Assembly (NCBI RefSeq): GCF_001194135.2
Contig: NC_068985.1
Location: 6,746,609 to 6,810,608 of the forward strand
Direction of reading: 5' to 3'
Origin: Octopus bimaculoides
Taxonomy: Eukaryota
DNA length: 64,000 bases
Part shown: piece after piece, positions 1-12,029 of the stretch
Layout: each line of letters opens with the position of its first letter
How positions within the stretch are numbered: the stretch's first letter is position 1
Made by a program: the position numbers and the translations under genes
Notes under the pieces: model-generated
The model's database searches: none
What the model saw: the letters and a program-made list of their open reading frames with translations, nothing else
Told to the model about the DNA's origin: nothing

Positions 1-109
1 TTGCTTCACATTTTGTTTTGGTTTCACTGGTGTGGTACCATCCTAATTTTCTTACTTTCACTTTTAATGCTGTATTGTGACCAAAATTTATTCATCTTGT
101 GCGTTTATC

Positions 110-287
110 AGTTTATCATCATCATCATCATTATCGTCATTATTCATGTTATTCTTCTTCTTCCTCTTCTTCTTCTTTCTTCTTCTTTCCTTCTTTTCTT
201 CTCTTCTTCTTCTTTTTCTTCTTCTGCTTATTATTATTATTATTATTGTTGTTGTTGTTGTTGTTGTTATTATTATTATTTGTAGTG

Positions 288-327
<40 letters not shown>

Positions 328-360
328 CAGTTGTTGTTGATGTGGTGGTGGTGTTGATTG
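110..360. repeat. Compound trinucleotide microsatellite (ATC/TTC/TAT/TGT/TAG)
   Basis: Consecutive (ATC)n, (TTC)n, (TAT)n, (TGT)n and (TAG)n blocks are directly visible; they generate the homopolymeric ORFs at 1-521. Confidence 0.95.
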
Positions 361-764
361 ATGCTGTTTTTGCTTTAACAGTTTTGCCTCACACCTTAGA
401 TATCAATAGTTCGATATATATATATAAATATATATATTGTTGTACTTGGGGATGGTCATATTGCCAGTTTATATATATATCGATTATTTGTTCAGATGAT
501 TTTAAACACGCAATTCTTTAGATAGGAAGTAGCTCTATATTCGTGATATGAAGGAAATATAGAATATGAAACAGTATTTGCCAAAAGAAATGAAGGAATA
601 TTGTTCTCCGCATGGTTAATAAAGCACAACTTTCGCAGTCCGGTTGTCAGTATACACATATATGATGAATTATTTAACGGTGCGTATGTTGCTTTTTCCT
701 AAAATTCAATTAATACATAAAGTTATAAATTAGAGCAAAAAGGAATGGACCAAAATAATTGTCT

Positions 765-830
765 AGACGCAGGCGTGGCTGTGTTGTAGGAGCTTTGCTT
801 CTGGACTACATAGTTCCAGGTTCAGTGTTA
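765..830 (+). mobile_element. SINE family A, tRNA-like head fragment
   Basis: GCAGGCGTGGCTGTG...CCAGGTTCAGT matches the head (A/B-box-like) of the copies at 10688 and 45301. Confidence 0.65.
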
Positions 831-1043
831 CAATGTAATCGGTAGAACTTTACGCACGTAAAACTTTATGAAGACAATTCGTGCATAGTTCTGCAAATTA
901 TATTGAATTAGAACGGTCGCACTGACGAGCCACGGACGTTTTTGCGTAAGTAAAAGAGTTGATGGCGAAACCCAGTATAGGATTAATTCTTTATTTTGTA
1001 TATTTTCATTTGTCTTGCCCACTTGTCTACTTGGTGTCTGCTG

Positions 1044-1678
1044 NNNNNNNNNNNNNNNNNNNNNNNNNNNNNNNNNNNNNNNNNNNNNNNNNNNNNNNNN
1101 NNNNNNNNNNNNNNNNNNNNNNNNNNNNNNNNNNNNNNNNNNNNNNNNNNNNNNNNNNNNNNNNNNNNNNNNNNNNNNNNNNNNNNNNNNNNNNNNNNNN
1201 NNNNNNNNNNNNNNNNNNNNNNNNNNNNNNNNNNNNNNNNNNNNNNNNNNNNNNNNNNNNNNNNNNNNNNNNNNNNNNNNNNNNNNNNNNNNNNNNNNNN
1301 NNNNNNNNNNNNNNNNNNNNNNNNNNNNNNNNNNNNNNNNNNNNNNNNNNNNNNNNNNNNNNNNNNNNNNNNNNNNNNNNNNNNNNNNNNNNNNNNNNNN
1401 NNNNNNNNNNNNNNNNNNNNNNNNNNNNNNNNNNNNNNNNNNNNNNNNNNNNNNNNNNNNNNNNNNNNNNNNNNNNNNNNNNNNNNNNNNNNNNNNNNNN
1501 NNNNNNNNNNNNNNNNNNNNNNNNNNNNNNNNNNNNNNNNNNNNNNNNNNNNNNNNNNNNNNNNNNNNNNNNNNNNNNNNNNNNNNNNNNNNNNNNNNNN
1601 NNNNNNNNNNNNNNNNNNNNNNNNNNNNNNNNNNNNNNNNNNNNNNNNNNNNNNNNNNNNNNNNNNNNNNNNNNNNNN
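1044..1678. other. Assembly gap (N-run)
   Basis: N-run. Other gaps: 3147-3236, 6112-6339, 10197-10206, 10906-10915, 21746-21875, 26060-26117, 28775-29555, 31023-31239, 35660-35735, 48648-48657, 49883-50443, 57738-58176, 60542-60722. Almost all abut microsatellites. Confidence 1.
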
Positions 1679-1722
1679 ATATATATATATATACGTATAT
1701 AGCAGATATCTATCTATATATA

Positions 1723-2700
1723 TCAATATATATGAAGTCTCCTATCAATTATGGCCCAGGGGTGTTCAATACGGTTGATATCTGATGACTGGTTTGGCCA
1801 TGTAAACATTTTAATGTCATTCTCATTCAACAAATCTTGGGTCATTTTAGCCGTGTGACAAGTAGTTCTGACTTCCACAAATAAAGAGTTTTCTTCAGTC
1901 ATTTCACCACTGTAGAAGATAAGGTGTCCTTTCTGCAATACGGACATATATTTAACTGGGTTTATGTTTCTCTCATACTCCACCAGCTCTAATTGATCAT
2001 TGTTCCAAATTGCTCTCCACACGATCACAGAATTTCTGCCGTGTTTCATTGTTGGCTGCAAAATTTTCACGTCTTCAGACCCACATTCGACCATTGTCAA
2101 CATATACAGAATATCTGAACTCATTAGAGAATATGACAGTGTACCAAAATGCTAGTAGACGCTCCACCATCTCACTGGGCTAATCTTTTCTCCGCTTCAT
2201 ATCGGCTGGTCAAATATGTGTCTTCCTTCTGCCTGCTCTGCCATAATAACCAAGTTTGTGAAGATACCTGACAGCTGTTCTGGGACTGACGTCCACTTGT
2301 TCTGCTGTCAGAGTCCTTGTTACGAGGATTATCCTCCACACATCTCTATACAAAGAGAAGGGTCCTGTGAGTGAGCCCTGGTCAGCCAGAGCGAGGTGAT
2401 GTGGGCTCCTTCCTCTCTATGGTAAATTGTACAACGACACTATTAGCTGTAGAAAGCGGGATCCCAAGGTTTTCTGTAATTTCACGCTGGATATGCTCAC
2501 CTTCAGATTGAGCCACAATACGGCCTCTTTGAAATTCAAACAGTTTTAAGGCTTCTTTTGTACATGGTATAATTAACCAGTCACATATATAACCTGAAAC
2601 ATAAAGATGTCTGTTAATAAAAAAACATAAACCTTTACACGTTAGAATAAACATAAAACGATGTTTTATGGGGTGTCAATTTACTTCTGTCATGTCTGTG
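1723..2700 (-). mobile_element. Decayed Tc1-family (DD34E) transposon
   Basis: Minus strand gives an N-terminal HTH (RGRIVAQSEG...EITENLGIPLSTANSVV), then WYTVIFSNEFRY (FSDES motif with D>N), then TCHTAKMTQDLL...WPNQSSDINRIEHPW with 34 residues between the mutated second D and E. A putative terminus TA|CACAGACATGACAG lies at 2700; the other end is lost next to a (TA)n tract and gap. Confidence 0.9.
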
Positions 2701-2706
2701 TATATA

Positions 2707-3070
2707 CAGCGGTGACTGTGCGGTACGAAGCTTGTTTCCCAACCACATGGTTCTGGCTTCAACCCTGCTGCGTGAACCTTGAGCAAGTGTCGTCTACTAC
2801 AGCCTCGGACCGACCAAAATCATGCGAGTGGATTTGGTAGACAGAAACTGAAGACGCACGTTGTGCGTGTTTGTTCCTGTGTGTCTGTCTACCTCATCAT
2901 CATCACTTGACAACCGGTGTCAGTTCATCTACGTTTCCGTAACTTTGTTGATCGATTGAATAAGCACCAGAATTACAAAGAATAAGTCCTGGAAGTCGAT
3001 TGTTTCGACTAAATAGGCGGTACTACAGCATTGACACAGTCAAATGACCGAAACAAGTAAAATAATAAAA
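2707..3070 (+). mobile_element. SINE family A, both halves
   Basis: Head ...CCAACCACATGGTTC..., GGATTTGGTAGACAGAAACTGAA, then the 3' half CTTGACAACCGG...AGAATAAGTCCTGG...GTCAAATGACCGAAACAAGTAAAA. Confidence 0.85.
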
Positions 3071-3104
3071 AATAAAAGAATAATCACACACACATTCACA
3101 TACA

Positions 3105-3140
<36 letters not shown>

Positions 3141-3242
3141 TATATANNNNNNNNNNNNNNNNNNNNNNNNNNNNNNNNNNNNNNNNNNNNNNNNNNNNNN
3201 NNNNNNNNNNNNNNNNNNNNNNNNNNNNNNNNNNNNGTAATT

Positions 3243-3327
<85 letters not shown>
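3243..3327. repeat. (TAGA)n microsatellite
   Basis: Direct inspection; another (TATC)n lies at 4467-4520. Confidence 0.95.
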
Positions 3328-4024
3328 TCGCATGTGTTTCTGTGTATCTGTGTGTGTATGTCTGTGAGTATCGGTGTTTCATTTGAAGTTATGTCTAAAG
3401 ACAATTCAAAATAGAACGGAACGGAAGTATTACATCATGCTTTTAACAGAGTGTATATCAGTATGTTTTAGAAGGAGAAACTTGACCGTAACTTTGAAGT
3501 TTCGATTTTCCTGTCTGCAACAACGTGTCATTCAGTTTCTTTCTTTGTGGCTTCATGTATAGCCTTTGGCAGTTTCGGTAGGTGAAGTTATGCGAATGAT
3601 TAAGTGAGACATAAGTTCACAAGTGAAGTGATTGTGGCGACATCAACCAATATACATCTCTTCAGAATAACCGTCTCTTCTCATAATACACGTATAATTT
3701 CCTCTTGTACGTCTTAATTTTAACCTTCCTACCTATCTATATGCATCAGAACAATTTTTTCTTTATTCATATACATCTAACTACTGATTAGAAGACAAAG
3801 CTATCCTAATATGTGTACATGCGAAAAGATCCAAAGAATGACTCTTTCAGGAAAGTAAGCAAGCTAAAACTTCGAAGTCCCATCTGAAATATTTCTTTTC
3901 ACAGAAATATGTATACACGCAGAGATATACATGCATGCATGCACACATGCAACTATATGTATGAGAATACATATATAAAACGTATAAATTTGCGCATACA
4001 TACACACATACATACGTGCATACA

Positions 4025-4137
4025 AATAAAAATACTCTGTTGCTGATGACGAAATTCCAATGAAGAAGTCTTGGATCTAGGTTAGAAACCGGTTCTTTCT
4101 CTGTTGGAAAGAAATCTTGAAATAAACTGAAAACTGA
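4025..4137 (+). repeat. Short interspersed unit anchored in (TACA)n/(CA)n tracts
   Basis: CTCTGTTGCTGATGACGAAATTCCAATGAAG... recurs in degraded form at 43675-43745 (CCTGTTATTGATGTTGAAATTCCAATGAACGAGTC), again directly after a TACA repeat. Confidence 0.6.
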
Positions 4138-4465
4138 CATGCATACACACAAACACACATGCAGAGATATAGACACACACAAACGTACATGCATACATAC
4201 ATATACACAAACACACATACATACATATCTGCACACATGCAAATCATTAAGTCATACACCAAAAGTGATCAAATCTAGGACATTTTGAAGATTTAAAGGA
4301 TGACAAACAAACAACGATAGTCTTTTTTCCCAATCTTGCCACCAAGTATGTCGCTGCTCCGATGAACGGCAGGAGAACATACCTAAATACAGACAGAAAC
4401 ACATACATACTTACCACACAACCACACCTGAATCATGTAAAAGAATAAAAAAAAAATAAGAGATA

Positions 4466-4520
<55 letters not shown>

Positions 4521-4823
4521 ATTCGACTGAGGATAGAAAACTCCGAATGACTTGTCCTTGTTTTCTTTGTATCGTCTATCTGGATGTTTTGTTGTCTCTT
4601 TTATGTATCACCTAACTGTCTTGATGCTTTGCGTTCTTGTGCCATTTTGTATTTTTTATGTATAGAAACATATAGCGCCGTACGTACACATTGGTCTCTT
4701 GTATGTAAGTATATACTTATCTAGCTCTTGTAGGACTCCATTCTTTCTATTCTTTTATTCTTTCCGTCTTTCTATCAGCCATTTCACGCTAACTTTGTTC
4801 CTTCCACTCTTCGTTCTTTCTCT

Positions 4824-4950
4824 TTCATCCTTTCGGGGTCTATTAAATAAGTACCAGTTAATCACTGGGGTCAATGTAATCCAATTAATCGCTTCGTCTG
4901 TCTTTGTTTGTCCCCTCTATGTTTAGCTCCCTGTGAGCAATAAAGAAATA
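4824..4950 (+). mobile_element. SINE family B, 3' part
   Basis: TCATCCTTTCGGGGTC...AAGTACCAGTT...CACTGGGGTC...TTTGTCCCCTCTATGTTTAGC...GCAATAAAGAAATAA matches 18700-18815. Confidence 0.85.
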
Positions 4951-5269
4951 AATATATTTAGACACATGGAATATTATTCAAATTCAAATAAATGAAAATA
5001 CATGCTGAAAACATTTTGAAGAAGAGCCAAAATTAGACAAATTCGAAGTGAAATATTGTCTTGAAAACGTTCTGTTAACGTGCATTTTCGGATTTATTAA
5101 TTTCAAAAATATTTTCTATATCTAATAATGTTGACGCGACAGAAACTATTGTCAATTTTGTATGGAGAATTTAATAATTAAAGATATGAATTACTCCATC
5201 TGTACTTTTGTTGTTATGTTGTTATATTGTAATACACACACACACACATTAAACACATGCAAAATCATA

Positions 5270-5339
<70 letters not shown>

Positions 5340-5949
5340 TATATCTATATCTATATCTATCTAGCTATCTTATACACAATATTTTTATGTCCAAGTGTGC
5401 ATTACGCGTGTATTCTTGTGTAAGTTTGTATGTATATGTGTCTACACCTATATATGCACATATGTATATATAAGCCTGACGTCTCCAGAGATTGAAATAA
5501 CGAAATGTGATTCAGAAGAAAGTGTTCAGTGAAGAAGTGTTGCGCAAATGCAGCATAAACTTGAATTACGAACGGAAAGGTTTTGTTTTCTAGTTATCCA
5601 TTGAAACAAACAGCTGGGCTTTTGAAGCTATCTATTTAAACAAAGATAGAAATACAACATCATATAAACAGTGTTTATTCGATAAAGATATGTCAGTTTT
5701 TCAGAATTCTTCCTTTTAGAGGTTTTACCCCCCTCCATAGTCAGAGTTGTGAATTTCCGAAATTATCATAATTTCAATAAACCAATAATTAATTTTGCAT
5801 CTTGCATATTTTTACTCTAAACAGAATCGTAATTTTCCGTTCAAATACACACAAAACACTCATTGTTATTTCATTTGTCTGTTTTCTTCCTATCTTTCTC
5901 GCCCTCCCTCCACCTCTCTCTCTATCTCTCTCACTCTCTCTCTCTCTCT

Positions 5950-6570
5950 GGCTGTGTGATAAGTAGCTTCCTTACGAACCACATGGTTCCGGGTTTAGTC
6001 CCACTGCGTGGCACCTTGGGCAAGTGTCTTCTACTAGAGCCTCAGGCCGACCACAGCCTTGTGAGTGGATTTGGTAAACGGAAACTGGAATAAGCCCGTC
6101 GTGTATATATANNNNNNNNNNNNNNNNNNNNNNNNNNNNNNNNNNNNNNNNNNNNNNNNNNNNNNNNNNNNNNNNNNNNNNNNNNNNNNNNNNNNNNNNN
6201 NNNNNNNNNNNNNNNNNNNNNNNNNNNNNNNNNNNNNNNNNNNNNNNNNNNNNNNNNNNNNNNNNNNNNNNNNNNNNNNNNNNNNNNNNNNNNNNNNNNN
6301 NNNNNNNNNNNNNNNNNNNNNNNNNNNNNNNNNNNNNNNATATATATATATATATTCGTATGTATGTGTGTGTGTGTGTGTATGTTTGTGTGTCTGTGTT
6401 TGTCCGCCAACATCACTTGACAACGGATGGTGGTGTGTTTACGTCCCTGTAACTTAGCGGTGCGGCAAAAGAGACCGATAGAATAACTACTAGCCTTACA
6501 AAGACTATGTCCTGCGGTCGCTTCATTCTACTAAAACCTTCAAGCCCATCCTCCAGTCTGAAACGATACA
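5950..6570 (+). mobile_element. SINE family A with central microsatellite and gap
   Basis: Head GGCTGTGTGATAAG...GGTTTAGTCCCACTGCGTGGCACCTTGGGCAAGTGTCTTC, then (TA)n/N/(TG)n, then the 3' half CACTTGACAAC...AAAAGAGACCGATAGAATAA. Confidence 0.9.
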
Positions 6571-6730
6571 ACATAAAAGATAAAGCATATATGTATATAC
6601 ATGTACATAGAATATATATAGTACCTCCCCATTTTGTTGAATCAGCCACTGATGCACATGATAAATGCATATGATAAATGCTATACACTGAGAGTTGGGA
6701 TCGAGCTAAACCATCCCGTGACTGAGTAGT

Positions 6731-6772
6731 TACCACTGATGCGTTTTAATTCGAAGCGAAACTAGTCTAGTA
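6731..6772 (+). ncRNA. Degenerate minimal type-I hammerhead ribozyme-like motif
   Basis: TACCA-CTGATGC-GTTT[TAATTCG]AAGC-GAAA-CTAG-TC-TAGTA. The core has A9>C, stem III is the palindrome ACTAGT, the triplet is GUC, and stem I has 4 of 5 pairs. Confidence 0.45.
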
Positions 6773-6913
6773 TAGTGATCTCGCACGACATGGGGCAGTT
6801 ATCTCCCCTGTCAGAGCATGGACATGAGTTTCCTCCGGCTATAATGCCTTTTAGGTCTTATTTTTAGCAATATAGGTGCTACCCCGCGCTTCAGTCACAG
6901 ATAGTGACAACTG

Positions 6914-6995
<82 letters not shown>

Positions 6996-7014
6996 CATAT
7001 ATATTCTTTATTCT

Positions 7015-7225
7015 TGTATCCCTTTACTTGTTTCAGTCATTTGACTGCGGCCATGCTGGAGCACCACATTTAGTCGAACGAGTCGACCCCAGGTCTTAGT
7101 CTTTGTAAGCCTACGAACCGCTAAGTGACGGATACGTAAACACACCAACATTTGTCGAGCGATGGTGGGGGTACAGACACAGACACAAATAACACATACA
7201 CACACACATACACATATATATATAT

Positions 7226-7273
<48 letters not shown>

Positions 7274-7420
7274 GACGGGCTTCTTTCATTTTTCGTGTAC
7301 CCAATCCACTCGCAAGACTTTGGTCACCCCAAGGATGTAGTAGAAGACACTTGCCCAAGGAACCCGAAACCATTTGGTTAGGAAGCAAGCTTCTTCCCAT
7401 ACGGCCACCCCTGCGCCTGT
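7015..7420 (-). mobile_element. SINE family A, both halves
   Basis: Reverse complement of the family A 3' half (TTTTACTTGTTTCAGTCATTTGACTGCGGCCATGCTGGAGCACC) and head (...GCAAGCTTCTTCCCATACGGCCACCCCTGCGCC) flank a (CA)n(TA)n tract. Confidence 0.9.
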
Positions 7421-8129
7421 ACGCATATATAGTTTCTGTATGTGCAGTTAATATTCAACAATGAATATTTTAACTTTTGTTTTTGTATAGTTTCTCTAAA
7501 AGTGCCTATTTTGTCTATTGTACTGAAAATTGCTTTGTTTCTTTTCACAAAAATATAAAACATCTACAAGGAAAATGATACAATAAATTTTGCTTCTAAA
7601 TTGATATCATGAAATCTTGCGTTTTACAATTGTGTGCACGTATGATAATAAACCTGTTAGAAGTATCGGAATTCTTTCAAATTGCACATAGCCATTTCTT
7701 CGATTTCTGTCTAATTTGAAGTCTGTGCATTAAAATAATAATATACTAGTTTTTACACCCACATTCATTCTCTCATTAAACCATAATCATAAATGAATAT
7801 TCAAGGTATTGGAATGGTATTAGTGCTATGTAAATACATAGTTATTGTTCTGAGTTAACAATTCAAAACAAAATTATTTCCACTTAAATCAATATTTTAA
7901 CAAATTAGATTAGAATTCTGATCTTCCGTGGCATTTGAAAAGAGAACAGAGTATTTATAAATATTTAATATTACGAATTTATACGTTTATGGGGCATATC
8001 TTGAAACTAAAATGCTAAATTGGGAAATTATATCAGATAATACACAGTTGTTTTCACTCAAAAATAATACTGTTTCAGAAAAAGTATAGTGTTACAGTAA
8101 TTAATGGACGAGTAATATCTGTAGTAGTA

Positions 8130-8560
8130 TGAAAGGTACTGATTTCAAATTTGAGCACAAGACCAGCAATTTATGGGGAGTTAGTAAGTCGATTACATCG
8201 AAACCAGTGTTAAACTGGTACTTATTTTATTGACTACGAAATTATGAAAGGCAATGTCGACCTCTGGAAAATTCGAAACTAAAGACAGCTGACATGTCAC
8301 TAAGCATTTTGTCTAGGCTGTTAACGACTTTGCCAGCTCGCCGCCTAAACAAAAAATCCATTTCAAATTTTGGTACAGGTTCAGCAATTTCGGGGGAGGG
8401 TGCTAGTCGAATACACGGCAAACAGTTTTCAATTAGTACCTTTTTTTATCGACCCTAAAAGATAAAAGGCGAAAATCGATGCCAGTGGAATTCGAACACA
8501 GAATGTAATGACGGGCGAAACGCCGCTGAGAATTTTTCCCAGCGCGTTAACGCATCAAAA
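8130..8560 (-). mobile_element. Two adjacent SINE family B copies (about 8130-8345 and 8375-8560)
   Basis: Reverse-complement motifs GTCGATTACATCG...CTGGTACTTATTTTAT...TGAAAGGCAATGTCGACCTC...GCCAGCTCGCCGCC, with a second degraded copy. Confidence 0.8.
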
Positions 8561-8804
8561 ATATTAATATTTGATTCAAGTGTTTTTAAAAGGAGATATA
8601 CAATATAATCAATAAGAAGAGGAACATGTTTTGCATATTTTACACACATTTTATTACTTGTATCCTTTACCTGGCCATGAATTTAATAAAGTAAATTCTA
8701 TTAAAAATAATTTACTGTTTCAAAAATACATATGCAATTTCAAATGCGTTTCACAAGATGAGGAATTCAAGTACTTGGAATATAATGTGTGCATAATTTA
8801 TAAC

Positions 8805-8958
8805 AGGTGCAGACGTGGCTACGCGGTAAGAAGCTTGTTTCCCGACCACATGGTGCTCGGTTCAGTCTCATTGGTTGCTACTTTGAGCTACTGTCTTCTA
8901 CTATAGCCTCGTGCCGATCAAAGCCTTGTGAGAGAATTTCGTAGATGGAAACTGAAAG
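8805..8958 (+). mobile_element. SINE family A, 5' half
   Basis: GCAGACGTGGCTACGCGGTAAGAAGCTTGTTTCCCGACCACATGG...GGAAACTGAAAG, ending at ATATATAT where the PLE-like inverted pair starts. Confidence 0.85.
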
Positions 8959-10085
8959 ATATATATAAAGAGAAGAGATAGGAGGAAAAGGACAACAAAA
9001 ACCAAGGCAGAACGAGTATCTCAAGTCATTTATAATAAGTTAATTAGGCTAGGTGAATTTGAGGTCTTACGGGTTTTTCTGGGGTATCCCAAGTGATAGG
9101 TTACCATATCCGCATAGTTGGTATTCCGTCCTCAGAGACAATGTGAGTATGTATGAACGTTATAGAGAGCGAAGTTCACAGTCTGAAAGGAATATAATAG
9201 AAGAATAAAGAGTAAAAGTAGATATAAGAATACAAACAGGAGAATATAAGTTCCCAGTTGATCTTTTTCCAGAGAGTATGGAGGTTGGTCCGTACTTCCG
9301 TGAACGTAAAGGTCCTTAGGTATAATTCCAGCTAAATCTAGGCATTATTTTGTCAGTATTTTGAATGATGCGTTCATGTTGAAGTAATGGAGCACATGGT
9401 TATATAATTGATAGAGATAAATACATTCCTCTTCCATTTTATCAAAACGTTAAATCCTGACATCTGACCCTGAACCGACGCTAATGAAGAATAATACTAG
9501 CATCTTATCTCTATCGTTATTCTTTATTTTTTATTTCTTATTTCTAATTTGTTACTTTTTGATTTTTGATTTTCCTTTACTTTCGCTCTCATTCATTCTT
9601 TCCCGCACCTACCTTATTTCTGTCTGTTCTCTCTGTTTTTCTCTTTCTCCTTTTTACTCTCTTTCTCCTCTCTCTTCTATCCAATTACTCAAAGCCCACT
9701 TCTCTCAATCTTGAAGTCTGTCTTTTTAACTCTATACACCCATATGGACCATTTACATACTACTTAACCACTTAATCCATTACTTCAACGTGAACGCATC
9801 ATTCAAAATACTGACAAAATACTATCTGGATTGACCTAAACGTTCACTGATGTACTGACCAATCTCCATATATCTACTTTCACTATTTTTTCTTCTAGTT
9901 TATTCCTTACAGACTGTGCATTTCGCTGTCTAGAACGTTCGTACATACCTTGTCTCTGAAGACGGAATACCCAGTGTACGGACACGGTAGCCTATTACTT
10001 GGGATAGCCTAATTCATTTAATATAAATGACTTGAGATACTCGCTCTGCGTTGGTTTGTGTTGTCCTTTTCCTCTAATATATATC
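8959..10085. mobile_element. Inverted pair of Penelope-like 3'/pLTR fragments
   Basis: 8959-9391 is the reverse complement of about 9776-10085. The inner 46 bp match at 45/46 and the outer parts are more diverged. Both arms carry TGTCT-CTGA(A/G)GA-CGGA... hammerhead-like remnants, and EVCLFNSIHPYG (about 9715-9750) resembles a GIY-YIG C-terminus. The PLE assignment is inference. Confidence 0.55.
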
Positions 10086-10206
10086 TGCCAACACGTATGT
10101 CTAATATGGATTCCTAGCTCCAGCGTCAGCTGTGAAATTGCAACCTAACGGCGTGCCTATTCATTTAGATAACCAGTGAAATAAACGCTTCATATTNNNN
10201 NNNNNN

Positions 10207-10250
<44 letters not shown>

Positions 10251-10687
10251 ACATCACATACAGACACACATACACACACACACACACACACAAACGATGG
10301 GCTTCTTTCAGTATGCGTGTATTATTGCTTGTGCTTTTCCTGCACGGATGATTGAAAAGATTTTTCGCTTAGTGGCGCCGTAAGAGAACCGATGATCTAT
10401 GTACCAGGCTTAAAGATATATACTAAGTTCGATTTGTCCGACTAAAAATTTTCACGCGGTGCTCCAGCATTACTGCAGTTTCATGACTGAAACAAGTAGA
10501 AGAAAAATGATAATATTGCAAAAACAACTGCTCATCCGCAATCTTTTCCATCTGGAATAAAGTGATGTCTACTTTTACACTTTCTTTATACATATAAATC
10601 ATATTTATAACTCGTTTCAGTGATTATACATGTTGTTGGCTTCTGTTTATTTCACATATGCTACACTGAAAATGATATATTGTCAAC

Positions 10688-10850
10688 TAGGCGCAGGAGT
10701 GGTTGTGGTACGTAGCCTGGCTACCGACTACATGGTTCCGTGTTCAGTCCCACTGCGAGGCAGCATGGGCAAGTGCCTTCTGCTATAGCCCCGGGCCGAC
10801 CAATGCCTTGTAGGTGGATTTGGTAGACAGAAACTCAAAGAAGCCTATCG

Positions 10851-10905
<55 letters not shown>

Positions 10906-10915
10906 NNNNNNNNNN

Positions 10916-10948
<33 letters not shown>

Positions 10949-11165
10949 TGCGTGTGTGTGTTGTCTCTCTGTCTGTGTGTTTGTGTGTCTGAGTTTGTGA
11001 CCTCCACCATCGCTTGACAACCGACGTTGGTGTGTTTACGTACTCGTAATATAGCGGTTTGGCAAAAGTCACCGATAAAATAAGAATAAGTCCTGGGGTC
11101 GATTTGTTCGACTAAAGGCGGTGCTCCAGCATGGCCGCAGTCAAATGACAAAAACAAAAGACTAA
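10688..11165 (+). mobile_element. SINE family A, complete with central (TA)n(TG)n
   Basis: TAGGCGCAGGAGTGG head, B-box-like GTTCAGTCCC, and the 3' half ending GGCGGTGCTCCAGCATGGCCGCAGTCAAATGAC. Confidence 0.9.
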
Positions 11166-12029
11166 AAGTGTATCAAGATATATTATTCATAAAACTTAAC
11201 ACCTGTTTCAAAACAACTCCAAAACCATGATTGTTCTCGGAAATACAATGTACCGTTTTCATTTGCACTCATAAATTCCATTTCATAAGTGTATATCTAT
11301 ATTCATGTATGTAGAAATATATAGACGACGAGCACGGTCACTCATAACCAACTAGAACTACGATGCAGAACCTTAGAACGAAATGGGATATGAAGGAGAT
11401 CAAAATATAGAAATATCAGACGTTGACGATTTCGAATTTGGTAATAAACTAAAATGTGTAACTCGAATCTTCCCTAGCTTCAAGTGTGCAACTTTTGCCT
11501 CAGCGACGTCACGTCAACAGTCTTAATCTTTTTTTATCGCTATTAGTACTAGAAGCGCTCTGATGAAATTCCTCTCTTAGTTCCAACCATCTCACCTGGC
11601 TCGAAACTCATATTCGTCTGCAAATTGCTATTGTGTTTTCACGAATAAGGAAGCCTTTCTGCGGTTGAACTATTTTCCCTCGAACTACCAGACTTCGGAA
11701 TTCATTTCCATCTCATTGTTTTCCTCCCTTTTATGACCTGAACTCTTCATGTTTAAAATAAATTCATTCCACTCTTCTTAATTTCACCTTCCTAGATCCT
11801 GACATTAGGTGGCTTCTCGCTTATATTGAAATATTCTGTTAAACAATATATATTACTTGTAGAATTAAAAAAGAAAGGCAGTCTTCCTACAGACTGAGAA
11901 GATTCGTTCTGGTGATATAACAATTCTGAAGTTGTGGTAACAATGAACATAGGCAAACTGGGAGACAAACGTAGATATCGCTATGATAATTGAAGTAATG
12001 TATACAAACAAAAGTTGCATTAATCACAA

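Noticed and set aside
1-521. ORFs rich in poly-S/L/V/I/Y/C (also at 21625-22102, 43367-43758, 61950-62371, 63281-63728)
   Set aside because: They are translations of microsatellites or N-runs, with no coding signal.
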